64,000 nt of DNA, from NCBI GenBank assembly GCA_000270325.1, contig BA000048.1, forward strand, positions 1,413,481 to 1,477,480. The letters run 5' to 3'. Below, piece by piece: positions 1-8,890 of this stretch (positions within the stretch are counted from its first letter, which is position 1; each line of letters opens with the position of its first letter). The notes below the pieces were generated by a model. It was given only the letters and a program-made list of their open reading frames with translations. It did not search any database and was not told the origin of the DNA. Position numbers and translations under genes: made by a program. The DNA comes from Candidatus Caldarchaeum subterraneum. GTDB lineage: Archaea > Thermoproteota > Nitrososphaeria_A > Caldarchaeales > Caldarchaeaceae.

Positions 1-1018
1 CTTCTCTGACCCAGTTTTCATGCGGCACGACTATCTCGGGTGTGTCCTCGATGCTGACGATTTTCGCCGAGGGGTTGATGAATACGCTCGCAGCCCTCAG
101 GGCGGTGGTTTTACCCGAAGCCGTCTCCCCGCAGAACCATATGCTCATCCCATGTTCGAGCATTATCCATAGATAGGCTGCTTCGAGGCTGCTCATCGTC
201 CCCCAGCTTATCAGGTCGGCTATACTCACGGGTTTCTCGGAGAATTTTCTGATGGTGAAGTTGCTGCCATGTCTGCTTACGTCGCTGCCGAAGACGATGT
301 TTATTCTGCTGCCATCTGGGAGTGAAGCGTCCACAATTGGCTTACGGAAGTTGACGGGCCTTCCTATTCTCTCCGCCAGCTTGACGACGAAAGCGTCGAG
401 CTCTTCCTGGTCTGAAAAGCTTATGTTTGTTTCGCAGCTTCCGAAGATTTTATGTTCAACGAATATGGGGCCGACGCCGTTGCATGAAATATCTTCGATA
501 TATTGGTCTCGGATGAATGCCTCAAGTGTTCCGAGATAGACTTTGTCCAGGATTACGCTGTTCCGGATTATGTCGGCGGTTGTCTGGTTGGCGGCGAGCT
601 TCTCCACAATCCCCTTCCTGTAAATCGGCTTATAGTCAAAATCCTCGAGTGTATCATCTATTTCGAGAAACATGTCGAGAAGCTCGTTGAGTAGTTTTTC
701 ATGTTCTTCGCGTGTGGTGTAGTCCATCTCGGGTGTGATGAGCCTCGCCAAGCCTTTTTCAACTATTTTGTTTATCTCCATGGGAGCCATTGTGAATGGG
801 CTTATGACGTTGTAGGACGATCTTTCGCTCGGCCTCGACTCGATGTGTATGAATAACGGGTCTCCGACTGGGTAGATGATGCTGAAGCTCCGGAGGCTGC
901 GCATTTCTCGGCTGAGTTGCTCTACATAGGAGGCTGTTTTGCCCTGAAGCCTCAGCTCCTCGATATACATTCTTAGATGAGGGTTTTCCATCAGAACTCT
1001 CGAGGGCACGCTGCTCAT
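1..1018 (-). CDS. arlI: Archaellum ATPase ArlI/FlaI, 3'-partial at window start (N-terminal 339 aa present)
   Basis: I translated the reverse complement myself: it gives MSSVPSRVLMENPHLRMYIEELRLQGKTASYVEQLSREM... continuing to ...MSIWFCGETASGKTTALRAASVFINPSAKIVSIEDTPEIVVPHENW. That is a Walker A GETASGKTT in the type II/IV secretion ATPase family. The ATG is at 1018..1016. The ORF is missing from the track because it runs off the window. Confidence 0.85.
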   Translation of the reverse strand, partial: MSSVPSRVLMENPHLRMYIEELRLQGKTASYVEQLSREMRSLRSFSIIYPVGDPLFIHIESRPSERSSYNVISPFTMAPMEINKIVEKGLARLITPEMDYTTREEHEKLLNELLDMFLEIDDTLEDFDYKPIYRKGIVEKLAANQTTADIIRNSVILDKVYLGTLEAFIRDQYIEDISCNGVGPIFVEHKIFGSCETNISFSDQEELDAFVVKLAERIGRPVNFRKPIVDASLPDGSRINIVFGSDVSRHGSNFTIRKFSEKPVSIADLISWGTMSSLEAAYLWIMLEHGMSIWFCGETASGKTTALRAASVFINPSAKIVSIEDTPEIVVPHENWVRE

Positions 1019-1023
1019 GGTTT

Positions 1024-1743
1024 CTACGCCTTGGCCTGCGAGAAAGGCAGCACCCTGATGCCGAAGACCTGGTCAACCTCGAAGGCTATGGTCAACCCGC
1101 TTTTCTCAGCGCCCTTAAGCTTCATGACCTGCAGAACTCTGACAATTCTCTCACCCATCTCCTTTACGCTGAGCACGAAATGGACATCTGATATAGAGCG
1201 TAATCTGAGGAAAAGGTCGGTGTCGAGTGCATGCGAGTGTATGCTTAGGAAAATCGTTTTGCCTTCTTCGTCAACAATGTTTCTGAGGACTGTGAAGAAG
1301 TTGAGGATGTCTGTTGTCGATGCGTTGGTGAGGAGATAGGTCATCGAGTCTATGAAGAATACGTTTTCCTTTGAACGGCTTTGGATGAAGGCTGTGACGA
1401 GTCGGAGCAGCTTGGTGTATTGCTGTGATGACCAGCTAAAGTTTCTCACATGCATCTCACCTATTTTCAGCCTTCCTGTGATGATGAAGTATGAGGGATT
1501 CCATGACAACGAGGCCATACTCTCCCTAACGGCCCTCATACTCCCCTCTGTGCTGAGCAGGTAGCAGTTGAACCCGGAGAGTAATGCTCCATAGCAGTAT
1601 TGTAGTGTCAGGACTGATTTTCCGCTGTCGTTGGGGCCTTCGATAAGGCAGAGGGCGGGTGTCTTTATATGGCCGATTTTACGGTCCAGTTCGCTGTTAA
1701 AGGCTCTGATGTATCCTTCGGTCAATTCTCCGTCACCACCCAA
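1024..1743 (-). CDS. arlH: Archaellum accessory protein ArlH/FlaH (KaiC/RecA-like ATPase)
   Basis: 239 aa with Walker A GPNDSGKS. Position between arlF and arlI matches the crenarchaeal arlX-G-F-H-I operon. Confidence 0.8.
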   Translation of the reverse strand: MGGDGELTEGYIRAFNSELDRKIGHIKTPALCLIEGPNDSGKSVLTLQYCYGALLSGFNCYLLSTEGSMRAVRESMASLSWNPSYFIITGRLKIGEMHVRNFSWSSQQYTKLLRLVTAFIQSRSKENVFFIDSMTYLLTNASTTDILNFFTVLRNIVDEEGKTIFLSIHSHALDTDLFLRLRSISDVHFVLSVKEMGERIVRVLQVMKLKGAEKSGLTIAFEVDQVFGIRVLPFSQAKA

Positions 1744-2219
1744 AACCTGGCCAAAATGGCCTGAGACGAGTTGACAGCCTCCTCAAGTGTTGCATTGATG
1801 TAGATTGTTTCCCCGATGTTCCAAACACCTTCAAGCTCGGGGCTGAGAACCATAGGGTCAAGAGCCTCATCTGACTCGCCCAGCTTCACATCAATAATCT
1901 GCCACCCCGGAGTCTCGCCGAAGTTAAGCCTGCGTATCCTACGTACTCCGTCTTCGTTAAAGTAGATGATGAATAGGTCAGCCACCTTGATGTGTTTTGA
2001 AGGGATGTCGACGGGCCCGTAGTTTTGGATGCTTAGGTATACATTGTTTCCCGAAACATTTGTGATTGTGGGTTCGAGTTTCTTTAGGGATGATCTGCGT
2101 GATTGATTCAGCTCAGCCATCGTCGCCGCCGCGTCATACACGTTCAGGAAGTATCCGAGGAATTGTAGAATTATAAGAGTGGTTATGCCAAATGACACCA
2201 GCAATCCATAGACCGACAT
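1722..2219 (-). CDS. arlF: Archaellum protein ArlF/FlaF (N-terminal TM helix plus beta-sandwich)
   Basis: 165 aa with an N-terminal hydrophobic helix. Assigned by operon position upstream of arlH. Confidence 0.55.
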   Translation of the reverse strand: MSVYGLLVSFGITTLIILQFLGYFLNVYDAAATMAELNQSRRSSLKKLEPTITNVSGNNVYLSIQNYGPVDIPSKHIKVADLFIIYFNEDGVRRIRRLNFGETPGWQIIDVKLGESDEALDPMVLSPELEGVWNIGETIYINATLEEAVNSSQAILARFWVVTEN

Positions 2220-2226
2220 TTTTCAA

Positions 2227-2715
2227 TCAACCTACCGAAAATACATAGGACGAGGAGAAGTATGGGCCGGCTATTTTCACGGTGTATTCGCCGGGGTTTA
2301 GAGGTGTCTCGAGCTGCATGGTGATCGCAAGGGTTTCACCCCATGACCAGCCGTTGTCATTCAGGGTTTCTTTTAGGATGCTGTATCTCCAGCGGTAGGG
2401 CCCATGTCCGTGCTTCATCAGGAAAAACGTATCTCTTCCCACGAGGAATATGTCGGAGGCCTCGATTTCGGCGTAGGAGATTCTCTCAGTCCCCACGTTT
2501 TTCAGCCAAAGATACACAACGCTGCGGTTGTCGCTCACATATCCCATCAGGGGCTCAACGCTCGTCAGCGCTTCTCTCTTCATTCTGCTTACCTTGGCTT
2601 GATTGGCTTGCTTCAATTCATCCACGAAGCTGAACATCGTCGAAGCATAGGCCGAGGCTGTTATGATGAGTGAGATGACGAAGATTGCTTCGGCCACTAT
2701 GTAGGCGCCTGTCAA
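2227..2715 (-). CDS. arlG: Archaellum protein ArlG/FlaG
   Basis: 162 aa with an N-terminal TM helix. Position between arlX and arlF. Confidence 0.55.
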   Translation of the reverse strand: MTGAYIVAEAIFVISLIITASAYASTMFSFVDELKQANQAKVSRMKREALTSVEPLMGYVSDNRSVVYLWLKNVGTERISYAEIEASDIFLVGRDTFFLMKHGHGPYRWRYSILKETLNDNGWSWGETLAITMQLETPLNPGEYTVKIAGPYFSSSYVFSVG

Positions 2716-3332
2716 ACCTGACGACCACCCCAGCTTTTGCCGAGAAACTTTAGGTTACCAGCTGAGGAGAGAAGCAGAAAGGTTATCGGGTTTTCACGAT
2801 CTTTGACAAGCAGTGAGAGCATGTAGAGAACTATGAGGAAGTCGTTGAAGCTTGGAGGATGCGGCGGGGCCTGTTCTATTCTTGTATCCTTCTCCATTGT
2901 AGAAATGAATTCAAGAGCCTCCTTAATCCCCTCCAGCAAATTTTTCGGAATGAGGTTGCGCCAAGCCAGCATGTTAACTAAGTTGATGAGGTTATCTCTA
3001 CCAATTATCACAACCATCAGTTCTACGGCGGCCAACGTTGTGATGAAGGAGTCAAGTTCGTTGAAGCCCTGACGCAGCACCGACTCCTTGGCCAAACCCC
3101 CCTCTTGATGCGTCTTTGTATGCTCCTCAGCCGAACTGTCTGAGGCCAGTTTTGGCCGATTTTCCTCAACAACGACATCCTCAACCGCCCCTCTCAGGTA
3201 GACAAACGGGTTCTCAGCAGCATTCATCATCTCCCTAATTTCCAGCAAAGTCTTCTCAAGGGGCTCCCGGATGCGGCGAATTTCCTCCTCAAGCTTCTTT
3301 ATCCGCTTATCCCCGGTAACATTTTCGGCCAA
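2712..3332 (-). CDS. arlX: Archaellum protein ArlX/FlaX-like (coiled-coil, crenarchaeal type)
   Basis: 206 aa. It is the first gene of the minus-strand archaellum operon, has a coiled-coil N-terminus, and overlaps arlG by 4 nt. Confidence 0.45.
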   Translation of the reverse strand: MAENVTGDKRIKKLEEEIRRIREPLEKTLLEIREMMNAAENPFVYLRGAVEDVVVEENRPKLASDSSAEEHTKTHQEGGLAKESVLRQGFNELDSFITTLAAVELMVVIIGRDNLINLVNMLAWRNLIPKNLLEGIKEALEFISTMEKDTRIEQAPPHPPSFNDFLIVLYMLSLLVKDRENPITFLLLSSAGNLKFLGKSWGGRQV

Positions 3333-3449
3333 TTTTTTTCACCTCCAACAATGACATGGTCCATTCGACCAAGAAAATATGGGTTAAGAAATAAGCTTTA
3401 CTAGAATCAGACACAAATAATACAAAAGTCCAAAAAATCTCTAACAAAC

Positions 3450-3465
3450 CTTATATTTATCCGCA
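3450..3465 (+). promoter_or_regulatory. Archaeal TATA/BRE-like element (ccttatatttatcc) about 25 bp upstream of the arlB start
   Basis: AT-rich TATA box in the 150-bp divergent intergenic region between arlX and arlB. Confidence 0.4.
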
Positions 3466-3506
3466 GACAGTTATCAGTCGCAGAAATGAAAAACCAAACA
3501 AAAATA

Positions 3507-4065
3507 ATGAAAAAACAACAACAAAGGTCTGACGGGACTAGAGACGGCCATAATATTGATAGCCTTCGTCATCGTAGCCAGCGCCTTCAGCTTCGCCGTC
3601 CTAAACCTCGGCCTCTTCACCACACAGAAAACAGGCGAAGTCATGCAGGCAGGTCTCGAGGAGACTTTGTCATCTATCGAGACAGCTGGGGCTGTTGTGG
3701 CAAAGAGCTCCAACGGAAGCATAACCGAGATCGTCATCTACATCAAGTCTTCGGTGGGTAAGGGCGAGGTTGACGTACGTTCGGGCAAGCTCGTCATCAC
3801 CTACAGAGACAAAGCCATCTTTAGGGAGAACATCTACACCAACAACTCAACAATTACAACGGTATATCAAGTGACGGGAGACGGAGACACTGTACTGGAA
3901 TACGGCGAAGTCTTCGCTGTCAAAATAGACGTAACCGCGATTTCTGGGGCTAGCCTGGCGCCCAACGATGTCTTCAGCGTCGAGATCAAGCCGCCGCAGG
4001 GTTCGTTGCTTAAGGTTGAGCGGAGGCTTCCGCCGTCTTTCGACCCCGTCATGGACCTGACTTAA
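3507..4065 (+). CDS. arlB: Archaellin ArlB/FlaB with class III signal peptide. The N-terminus is disrupted by a 1-nt frame break in an A6 tract at 3510-3515
   Basis: The 3556..4065 frame extends upstream in frame as KNNNKGLTGLETAIILIAFVIVASAFSFAVLNLGLFTTQKTG. This is the conserved archaellin prepilin-like N-terminus (KG|LTGLETAIILIAF). An in-frame TGA sits at 3508-3510. The only ATGs (3486 and 3507) are in the -1 frame, reading MKNQTKIMKKQQQR. Confidence 0.8.
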
Positions 4066-4069
4066 ACTC

Positions 4070-4100
4070 CCCCACCCCTCCCCCTATTTTTTTATACCAC
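4070..4100 (+). terminator. C-rich then oligo-T tract (cccccacccctccccctattttttta) downstream of arlB
   Basis: Archaeal intrinsic terminators are oligo-T runs, and this one sits 5-35 nt after the arlB stop. Confidence 0.3.
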
Positions 4101-4171
4101 CATTTTTTCCATAAATTATGCGACTATCATGTCGACCTATTTCACCGTTTGTATGATTTTTAGGAGGTGGT

Positions 4172-4840
4172 TTGTTGCAGGGGGATGATGTTTTGCTCGG
4201 TGCTTCTCCGGCAGCCTATGCAGAGTGGGTTGCTAGAGATTTTCAGAGGCTGAGGTCAGCGAACCACAGCGCTGTGATGAAAAAATGTGACGTGGTGTTT
4301 CTACGCGGCGACGGAGCTAAGCCAAGCCGCTACATAGTCAATGTATTGAACAAAACTTTCACGGTTGAGCTTGACGAGGGTAAGGTGGTGGACTTGATGA
4401 CTGGAAAAGATGCAGGCGAAAAACTCAGCTACGTGATTCTGGAGTATTTGCTGGGTGAGGGGGCGGCTGGGCAGGATAGCTGGCAGCCACTTGACACACT
4501 CTTAAAGACATCTGCCTACCTCTCCTACTACCAGAAAACCGTTCTCAACCCGCTTCTGAAAACCTTTGGAAACCAGGCCCTGTTGTTTGAGGAGTCTTCA
4601 CGCATGCTCGGAGGCAAGAGGGAGAAACTTGGTGGAACAGCATATTCCTTCACATTTCTACCCAAGGTAAGGCTGCTGATACAGGTTTGGTTCGGTGACG
4701 AGACCGAGATGCGTAAAACATCTATAAACGCGTCCTACAACATGTCCGCAGCCAAGTTCCTGAAACCCACTCCCCTCCTCATAGCCTTCGAAATTTTGAC
4801 AACCCTCTTAACCAAGACGATTAAGAAACAGAAAACCTAG
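4172..4840 (+). CDS. Hypothetical protein (222 aa)
   Basis: Long ORF with good codon structure and a TTG/GTG start. No motif recognised. Confidence 0.4.
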   Translation: MLQGDDVLLGASPAAYAEWVARDFQRLRSANHSAVMKKCDVVFLRGDGAKPSRYIVNVLNKTFTVELDEGKVVDLMTGKDAGEKLSYVILEYLLGEGAAGQDSWQPLDTLLKTSAYLSYYQKTVLNPLLKTFGNQALLFEESSRMLGGKREKLGGTAYSFTFLPKVRLLIQVWFGDETEMRKTSINASYNMSAAKFLKPTPLLIAFEILTTLLTKTIKKQKT

Positions 4841-5349
4841 CTCCACTCCTCATCAGCAACCCCTGACAAATGATTTACGTAACGGGCTGCTGTGAAAAAA
4901 AACTTTGAAAGAAAGTTGAGAAAAGAAAAGGCGAGGGGGTCCACCTCCGATGTGTCGCCGAGTCTAACCAGTGTTCTCTCAGCTCTGCGAGCCACAGCCC
5001 TACATACATGCAGATATGCCGCGGCTTCTGCTCCACCGGGGTAAATAAACCGTCTCAAAAGCGGGAGCCTGTTCTCCATCTCTTTCTCAAAAAGTCTGAG
5101 CTCATCCAAACAAGCCCTGACGCGGTCAAGGGGGTGATTTGGAACCGCCAAATATGAGCCGATGTGGAATAATGCTTCCTGAATCTTTTTAAGAGATTGT
5201 CTAAGCTCTTCGTCCACGGTGAGAGAGCGGGCGACGCCGACGAAGGCGGATAACTCGTCAACCGTGCCTAAAGCCTCTAAAAGCGGATGATTCTTCTTAA
5301 CCTTGCCCCGGCCCGGTAGAAAGGTTTCATCATCCTTTTTTTCGCTCAA
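4837..5349 (-). CDS. ATP:cob(I)alamin adenosyltransferase, PduO/MMAB type
   Basis: N-terminus LPGRGKVKKNHPLLEALGTVDELSAFVGVAR matches the PduO-type motif (GDxGxT... RVEAYGTVDELN). Confidence 0.7.
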   Translation of the reverse strand: MSEKKDDETFLPGRGKVKKNHPLLEALGTVDELSAFVGVARSLTVDEELRQSLKKIQEALFHIGSYLAVPNHPLDRVRACLDELRLFEKEMENRLPLLRRFIYPGGAEAAAYLHVCRAVARRAERTLVRLGDTSEVDPLAFSFLNFLSKFFFTAARYVNHLSGVADEEWS

Positions 5350-6473
5350 CTTTTCTGAACCATCTTCCTTATCTTCTCAAAGCTGATGGCTGGCGTCGGC
5401 TTCTCGGGAACAATTCCCTGCGGCCTTATGATTAAGACTATTATCAGCGCGATGCCGAACAGCAGTCTGTCGAGCCAGACGATGCTGAAGGGGATAAACG
5501 GTTCGAGCAGATAGTTGTAGGTGAGTATTGCTTGGCGTAGAATGACGAAGACAAGTGTTCCAAGCAGTACTCCTCTGTTGTTCCCCGCTCCGCCGATAAT
5601 CACCATGACCCAGGGCCAGAAAGTCCATGTGAAACGGTCGTAGTTGTTGGCTATAACCGCAACCGAGTTAAAGGCCCAGAGAGCACCAGCGACAGCCGCC
5701 ATCATAGACGAGACTACCAGAATTTTCTGCTTAACCCGTACAACATCTATGCCCAGAACCTCGGCCGCCATCTCACTGTCCCTAACAGCCCTCAGCACAC
5801 GGCCCGCCGGAGAATAGGTGACGGACCTTACATAGAGGAAGAAAAGCACGGCCACGGTGAGCATGACTAAGGTGGCTGCATAAGGTCGTAGTCCTCCGAG
5901 CCAGCCGTATGGGTCGGGGACAGCGACACCCAACGTGCCGCCAACCAGGGTTCTGTCAAGATAGCCTATTTGGCGGAGAAACTCTCCCATAGCCAGCAGC
6001 GTCATCGCGAGGTAATCCTCCCTCAGCCTAATGCTGGGGTAAGACGCTATGAAGCCGAGTCCTGCGCCGACGATGGCCGCCAACCCAACCATGGCAACCA
6101 GCAGAGCTATCGAGAGCACGGGGTCGTTCACGAGAACACGTCTAACACAGTCTATCACAACAGCGTTGTCCTCGATGTAGTCAATACTATCCATGAGCTT
6201 TGGCTTGACCTGTACAAGGGTGCTGAGACACTCCGCCAGCACAGGGTTGTCCTGCACCGCTCTGTAGCCCGCGAAGAGGTTGAGCTGACTCGCCAATATC
6301 CGTCCCGGAACCGCGCCCACAACAAACGCACCCCCCGCGACGGCGAGTACTTTTCCGAAGTTAGGTATCCCTGTGAAGCCATACTCGAAGTTGAGGCTGA
6401 CGTTAACCATCAAGTAGATAGCAACATAGCCGAGGACATTCAATAGGAAGATGATAAGCTGCTCGTCTATCAC
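5346..6473 (-). CDS. livM: Branched-chain amino acid ABC transporter permease (LivM-like)
   Basis: 375 aa polytopic membrane protein. Adjacent to a LivH-like permease and divergent from the SBP and two ATPases. Confidence 0.75.
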   Translation of the reverse strand: MIDEQLIIFLLNVLGYVAIYLMVNVSLNFEYGFTGIPNFGKVLAVAGGAFVVGAVPGRILASQLNLFAGYRAVQDNPVLAECLSTLVQVKPKLMDSIDYIEDNAVVIDCVRRVLVNDPVLSIALLVAMVGLAAIVGAGLGFIASYPSIRLREDYLAMTLLAMGEFLRQIGYLDRTLVGGTLGVAVPDPYGWLGGLRPYAATLVMLTVAVLFFLYVRSVTYSPAGRVLRAVRDSEMAAEVLGIDVVRVKQKILVVSSMMAAVAGALWAFNSVAVIANNYDRFTWTFWPWVMVIIGGAGNNRGVLLGTLVFVILRQAILTYNYLLEPFIPFSIVWLDRLLFGIALIIVLIIRPQGIVPEKPTPAISFEKIRKMVQKS

Positions 6474-7408
6474 TCCGACCCACCTCTCGGAACTTGTTTA
6501 AAGACGCTACTTAACCTGAGAGAGACCAAACCCTGCGGCACCAGCAGAAGAGTTATCGCCATAGCCAATATGGGTATCAGTGGTCTGTAAACCGTTATCC
6601 AAGGCCCGAAAGAAAGACCCAGCTGACGTGTCCCAAGAACCTCCACAAACCCCAGCAGATACCCACCTGCAACTGCTCCATAGATGTTCTGCAGCCCGCC
6701 TACAATGGCCGCCGCGAAAATGCTGATGAGTAATTCGCTGCCGTAGTTGGGGCTTCCCTGAAACCAGAGGGCCAGTAGCGAGCCTGCGACTCCGCCCAAG
6801 CCGCCGGCGAGGAACCATGAAAATGTGTATGCTCTTTTCACGTTGATGCCCAGTGTCCCGGCTAGGGATGGGTTTTCTATCGCCGCCCTCAGCCCGATGC
6901 CGAAACGTGTTTTGTTTAGAAGCAGGTAGAGCAGAAAAACGGTTGAGACAGCGAGAGCAGGAGCAATTATAAACACCCCTGGCTCCCCGAAAATTCTCAC
7001 ATCAAATTTTCTAATTAGAAAGCCTCTGCTCTGGACCTTGAACGTCTGGGTGAAGTAGTCGGCGTAGATGTTGAGCACCGCGATGAGTATGAGCTCGAAA
7101 GCTATTGTGGCAATCATCTGAGACACTAGGCTCGCGTCACGGGAAATCAGAGGCCGCAAAACCAGTAGATACAACGCGAGCGCAGCCAGGCCACCCAAAA
7201 GGAAAGCAGGTAGAAGAGAAAGATAAGCAGGTTGATTAAAAGCAGAGGTCATCGTAAGCATTGTCATCATCCCGATGGATGCGAAGCTGCCGTGGCTGAA
7301 GTTGGGAACCTTTGTTGTGAGATAATTAAGTGTGAGTCCAAGGGTTAAGAGGCTGAGCATGCTGGCGAAAATAACCGCATCTCTTATAACAGGGTCGATG
7401 AACACCAT
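6470..7408 (-). CDS. livH: Branched-chain amino acid ABC transporter permease (LivH-like)
   Basis: 312 aa polytopic membrane protein. Overlaps livM by 4 nt. Confidence 0.75.
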   Translation of the reverse strand: MVFIDPVIRDAVIFASMLSLLTLGLTLNYLTTKVPNFSHGSFASIGMMTMLTMTSAFNQPAYLSLLPAFLLGGLAALALYLLVLRPLISRDASLVSQMIATIAFELILIAVLNIYADYFTQTFKVQSRGFLIRKFDVRIFGEPGVFIIAPALAVSTVFLLYLLLNKTRFGIGLRAAIENPSLAGTLGINVKRAYTFSWFLAGGLGGVAGSLLALWFQGSPNYGSELLISIFAAAIVGGLQNIYGAVAGGYLLGFVEVLGTRQLGLSFGPWITVYRPLIPILAMAITLLLVPQGLVSLRLSSVFKQVPRGGSE

Positions 7409-7485
7409 GAATTTTCTCTCCTTTTCTTCACACTAACCCTTGTATTAATAATTTTTAGAGGAAAGCTTCTAATGACCAATTTTTG

Positions 7486-7500
7486 AAAACGTTTATAAAG
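7486..7500 (+). promoter_or_regulatory. TATA-like element (aaacgtttataaagg) about 25 bp upstream of the SBP gene
   Basis: AT-rich box in the divergent intergenic region 7409-7522. Confidence 0.3.
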
Positions 7501-7522
7501 GTCTAACGACCTCCTAAAAAAC

Positions 7523-8854
7523 ATGAACAGAAAAAGCTCAGCAGGGGTTTCATCCTCTGTAGCTGGCGCTGCTGCTGTCGTTGCATTGATTGTCGGCTTG
7601 TTGATAGGCGGCATCGGTCTCGGCCCCATACTCTCCCCTGCCCAAACCATAACACAGACAAAAACAGTGGCTACGACCGCGACTGTTACAGCTGCAGCGG
7701 GTTTAACAGGTGAGGTCACTATAGGTAGTTTGCTGTGTCTCAGCGCTGTTCTTTCCTCCTATGCTGAAAACGAGCGAGTAGCGATGGACCTTGCCGCGAG
7801 AGAAGTGAACGACTTTCTCCAACGTGCTGGTGCAGGTTTTAGAATTCGCATGATTCATGAAGACACAGCCTGCAACCCCGCAACCGCCGAGGAAAAGATT
7901 CGTAGCCTCAATGCTAGAGGCGTTAAGCTGGTAGTTGGGCCCATGACTTCGGCTGAGGTTAGGCAGATAAAGAGCTATGTGGACGCGAACAAAATCCTGA
8001 TAATCTCGCAGTCATCGACGGCTCCTGACCTCAAGATACCCAACGACTTCGTATTCAGGTTCACCACAGCAGACGATATACAAGGCCCCATAGGACCGCG
8101 GCTCGCTAAGCTACTTGGCATAACACACTTCCTATATGTCTGGAGAGGAGACGCATGGGGTGATGGCCTGCACACGGTATCCACAGGTGAGGCAAAAAAG
8201 CTCGGATTAAACCTCGTCTTCGAGCTAAGATACGCCCCTGATAAAACCGAGTTCTCAGCAGAAGTCTCCCAACTCAACGCCAAGGTCACGGAACTCCTCA
8301 ACCAAGGAGTTTCTCCAGACAAAATAATGGTGGAAATCGTCGGCTTTGACGAGGTCGTAGCATTCCTCTCAGCTGCGAACGAATATCCGAACCTCAAGCG
8401 TATAAAGTGGTTTGGAAGCGACGGAACTGCGGTGACAGCTGCCATCTTCCAAGACCCAGCCGCCACAGGTTTCGCTGAGCAGGTCAAGTGGATTAATCCA
8501 TTGTTCTTTGCAACCACACCAGACAGAAAGGCCCGTGTCGACGCCGAGGTTCTCCGCGTACTCGGCAGGTCTCCACCTGACGCCTACAGCTACGCGGCAT
8601 ACAGCGCTGTCTGGGCTTACGCCCTCGCTTTGATGGCTACACAGAAGTATGACGCTGAAGCCGTGAGAGCTGTTTTGCCCACGATTGCGGCCGATTTCCT
8701 CAGCCTCAAGCTCGACGACGCAGGCGACCTTCCATACTCCGACTACATACTCTGGGTCGTCAAAACAGTTGACGGGAAGCCGAGATGGGTTGAGGCAGGG
8801 CGCTACGTCTACGCCTCAGGCACTTTTGAGTGGGCCGAGGGCTTCACTCCATAA
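7523..8854 (+). CDS. ABC transporter substrate-binding protein (LivK/amino-acid type) with N-terminal membrane anchor and Thr-rich linker
   Basis: Periplasmic-binding-protein-like body after a TM helix and a TQTKTVATTATVTAAAG linker. Precedes two ABC ATPases. Confidence 0.75.
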   Translation: MNRKSSAGVSSSVAGAAAVVALIVGLLIGGIGLGPILSPAQTITQTKTVATTATVTAAAGLTGEVTIGSLLCLSAVLSSYAENERVAMDLAAREVNDFLQRAGAGFRIRMIHEDTACNPATAEEKIRSLNARGVKLVVGPMTSAEVRQIKSYVDANKILIISQSSTAPDLKIPNDFVFRFTTADDIQGPIGPRLAKLLGITHFLYVWRGDAWGDGLHTVSTGEAKKLGLNLVFELRYAPDKTEFSAEVSQLNAKVTELLNQGVSPDKIMVEIVGFDEVVAFLSAANEYPNLKRIKWFGSDGTAVTAAIFQDPAATGFAEQVKWINPLFFATTPDRKARVDAEVLRVLGRSPPDAYSYAAYSAVWAYALALMATQKYDAEAVRAVLPTIAADFLSLKLDDAGDLPYSDYILWVVKTVDGKPRWVEAGRYVYASGTFEWAEGFTP

Positions 8855-8890
8855 TTTTCTTAAATACATCCCACACCTTTTTTCTTAGGG

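Noticed and set aside
759-1339. ORFs 759..1076 (-) and 977..1339 (+) from the track
   Set aside because: They overlap, in wrong frames, the manually translated arlI N-terminus and arlH. Both are shadow ORFs.
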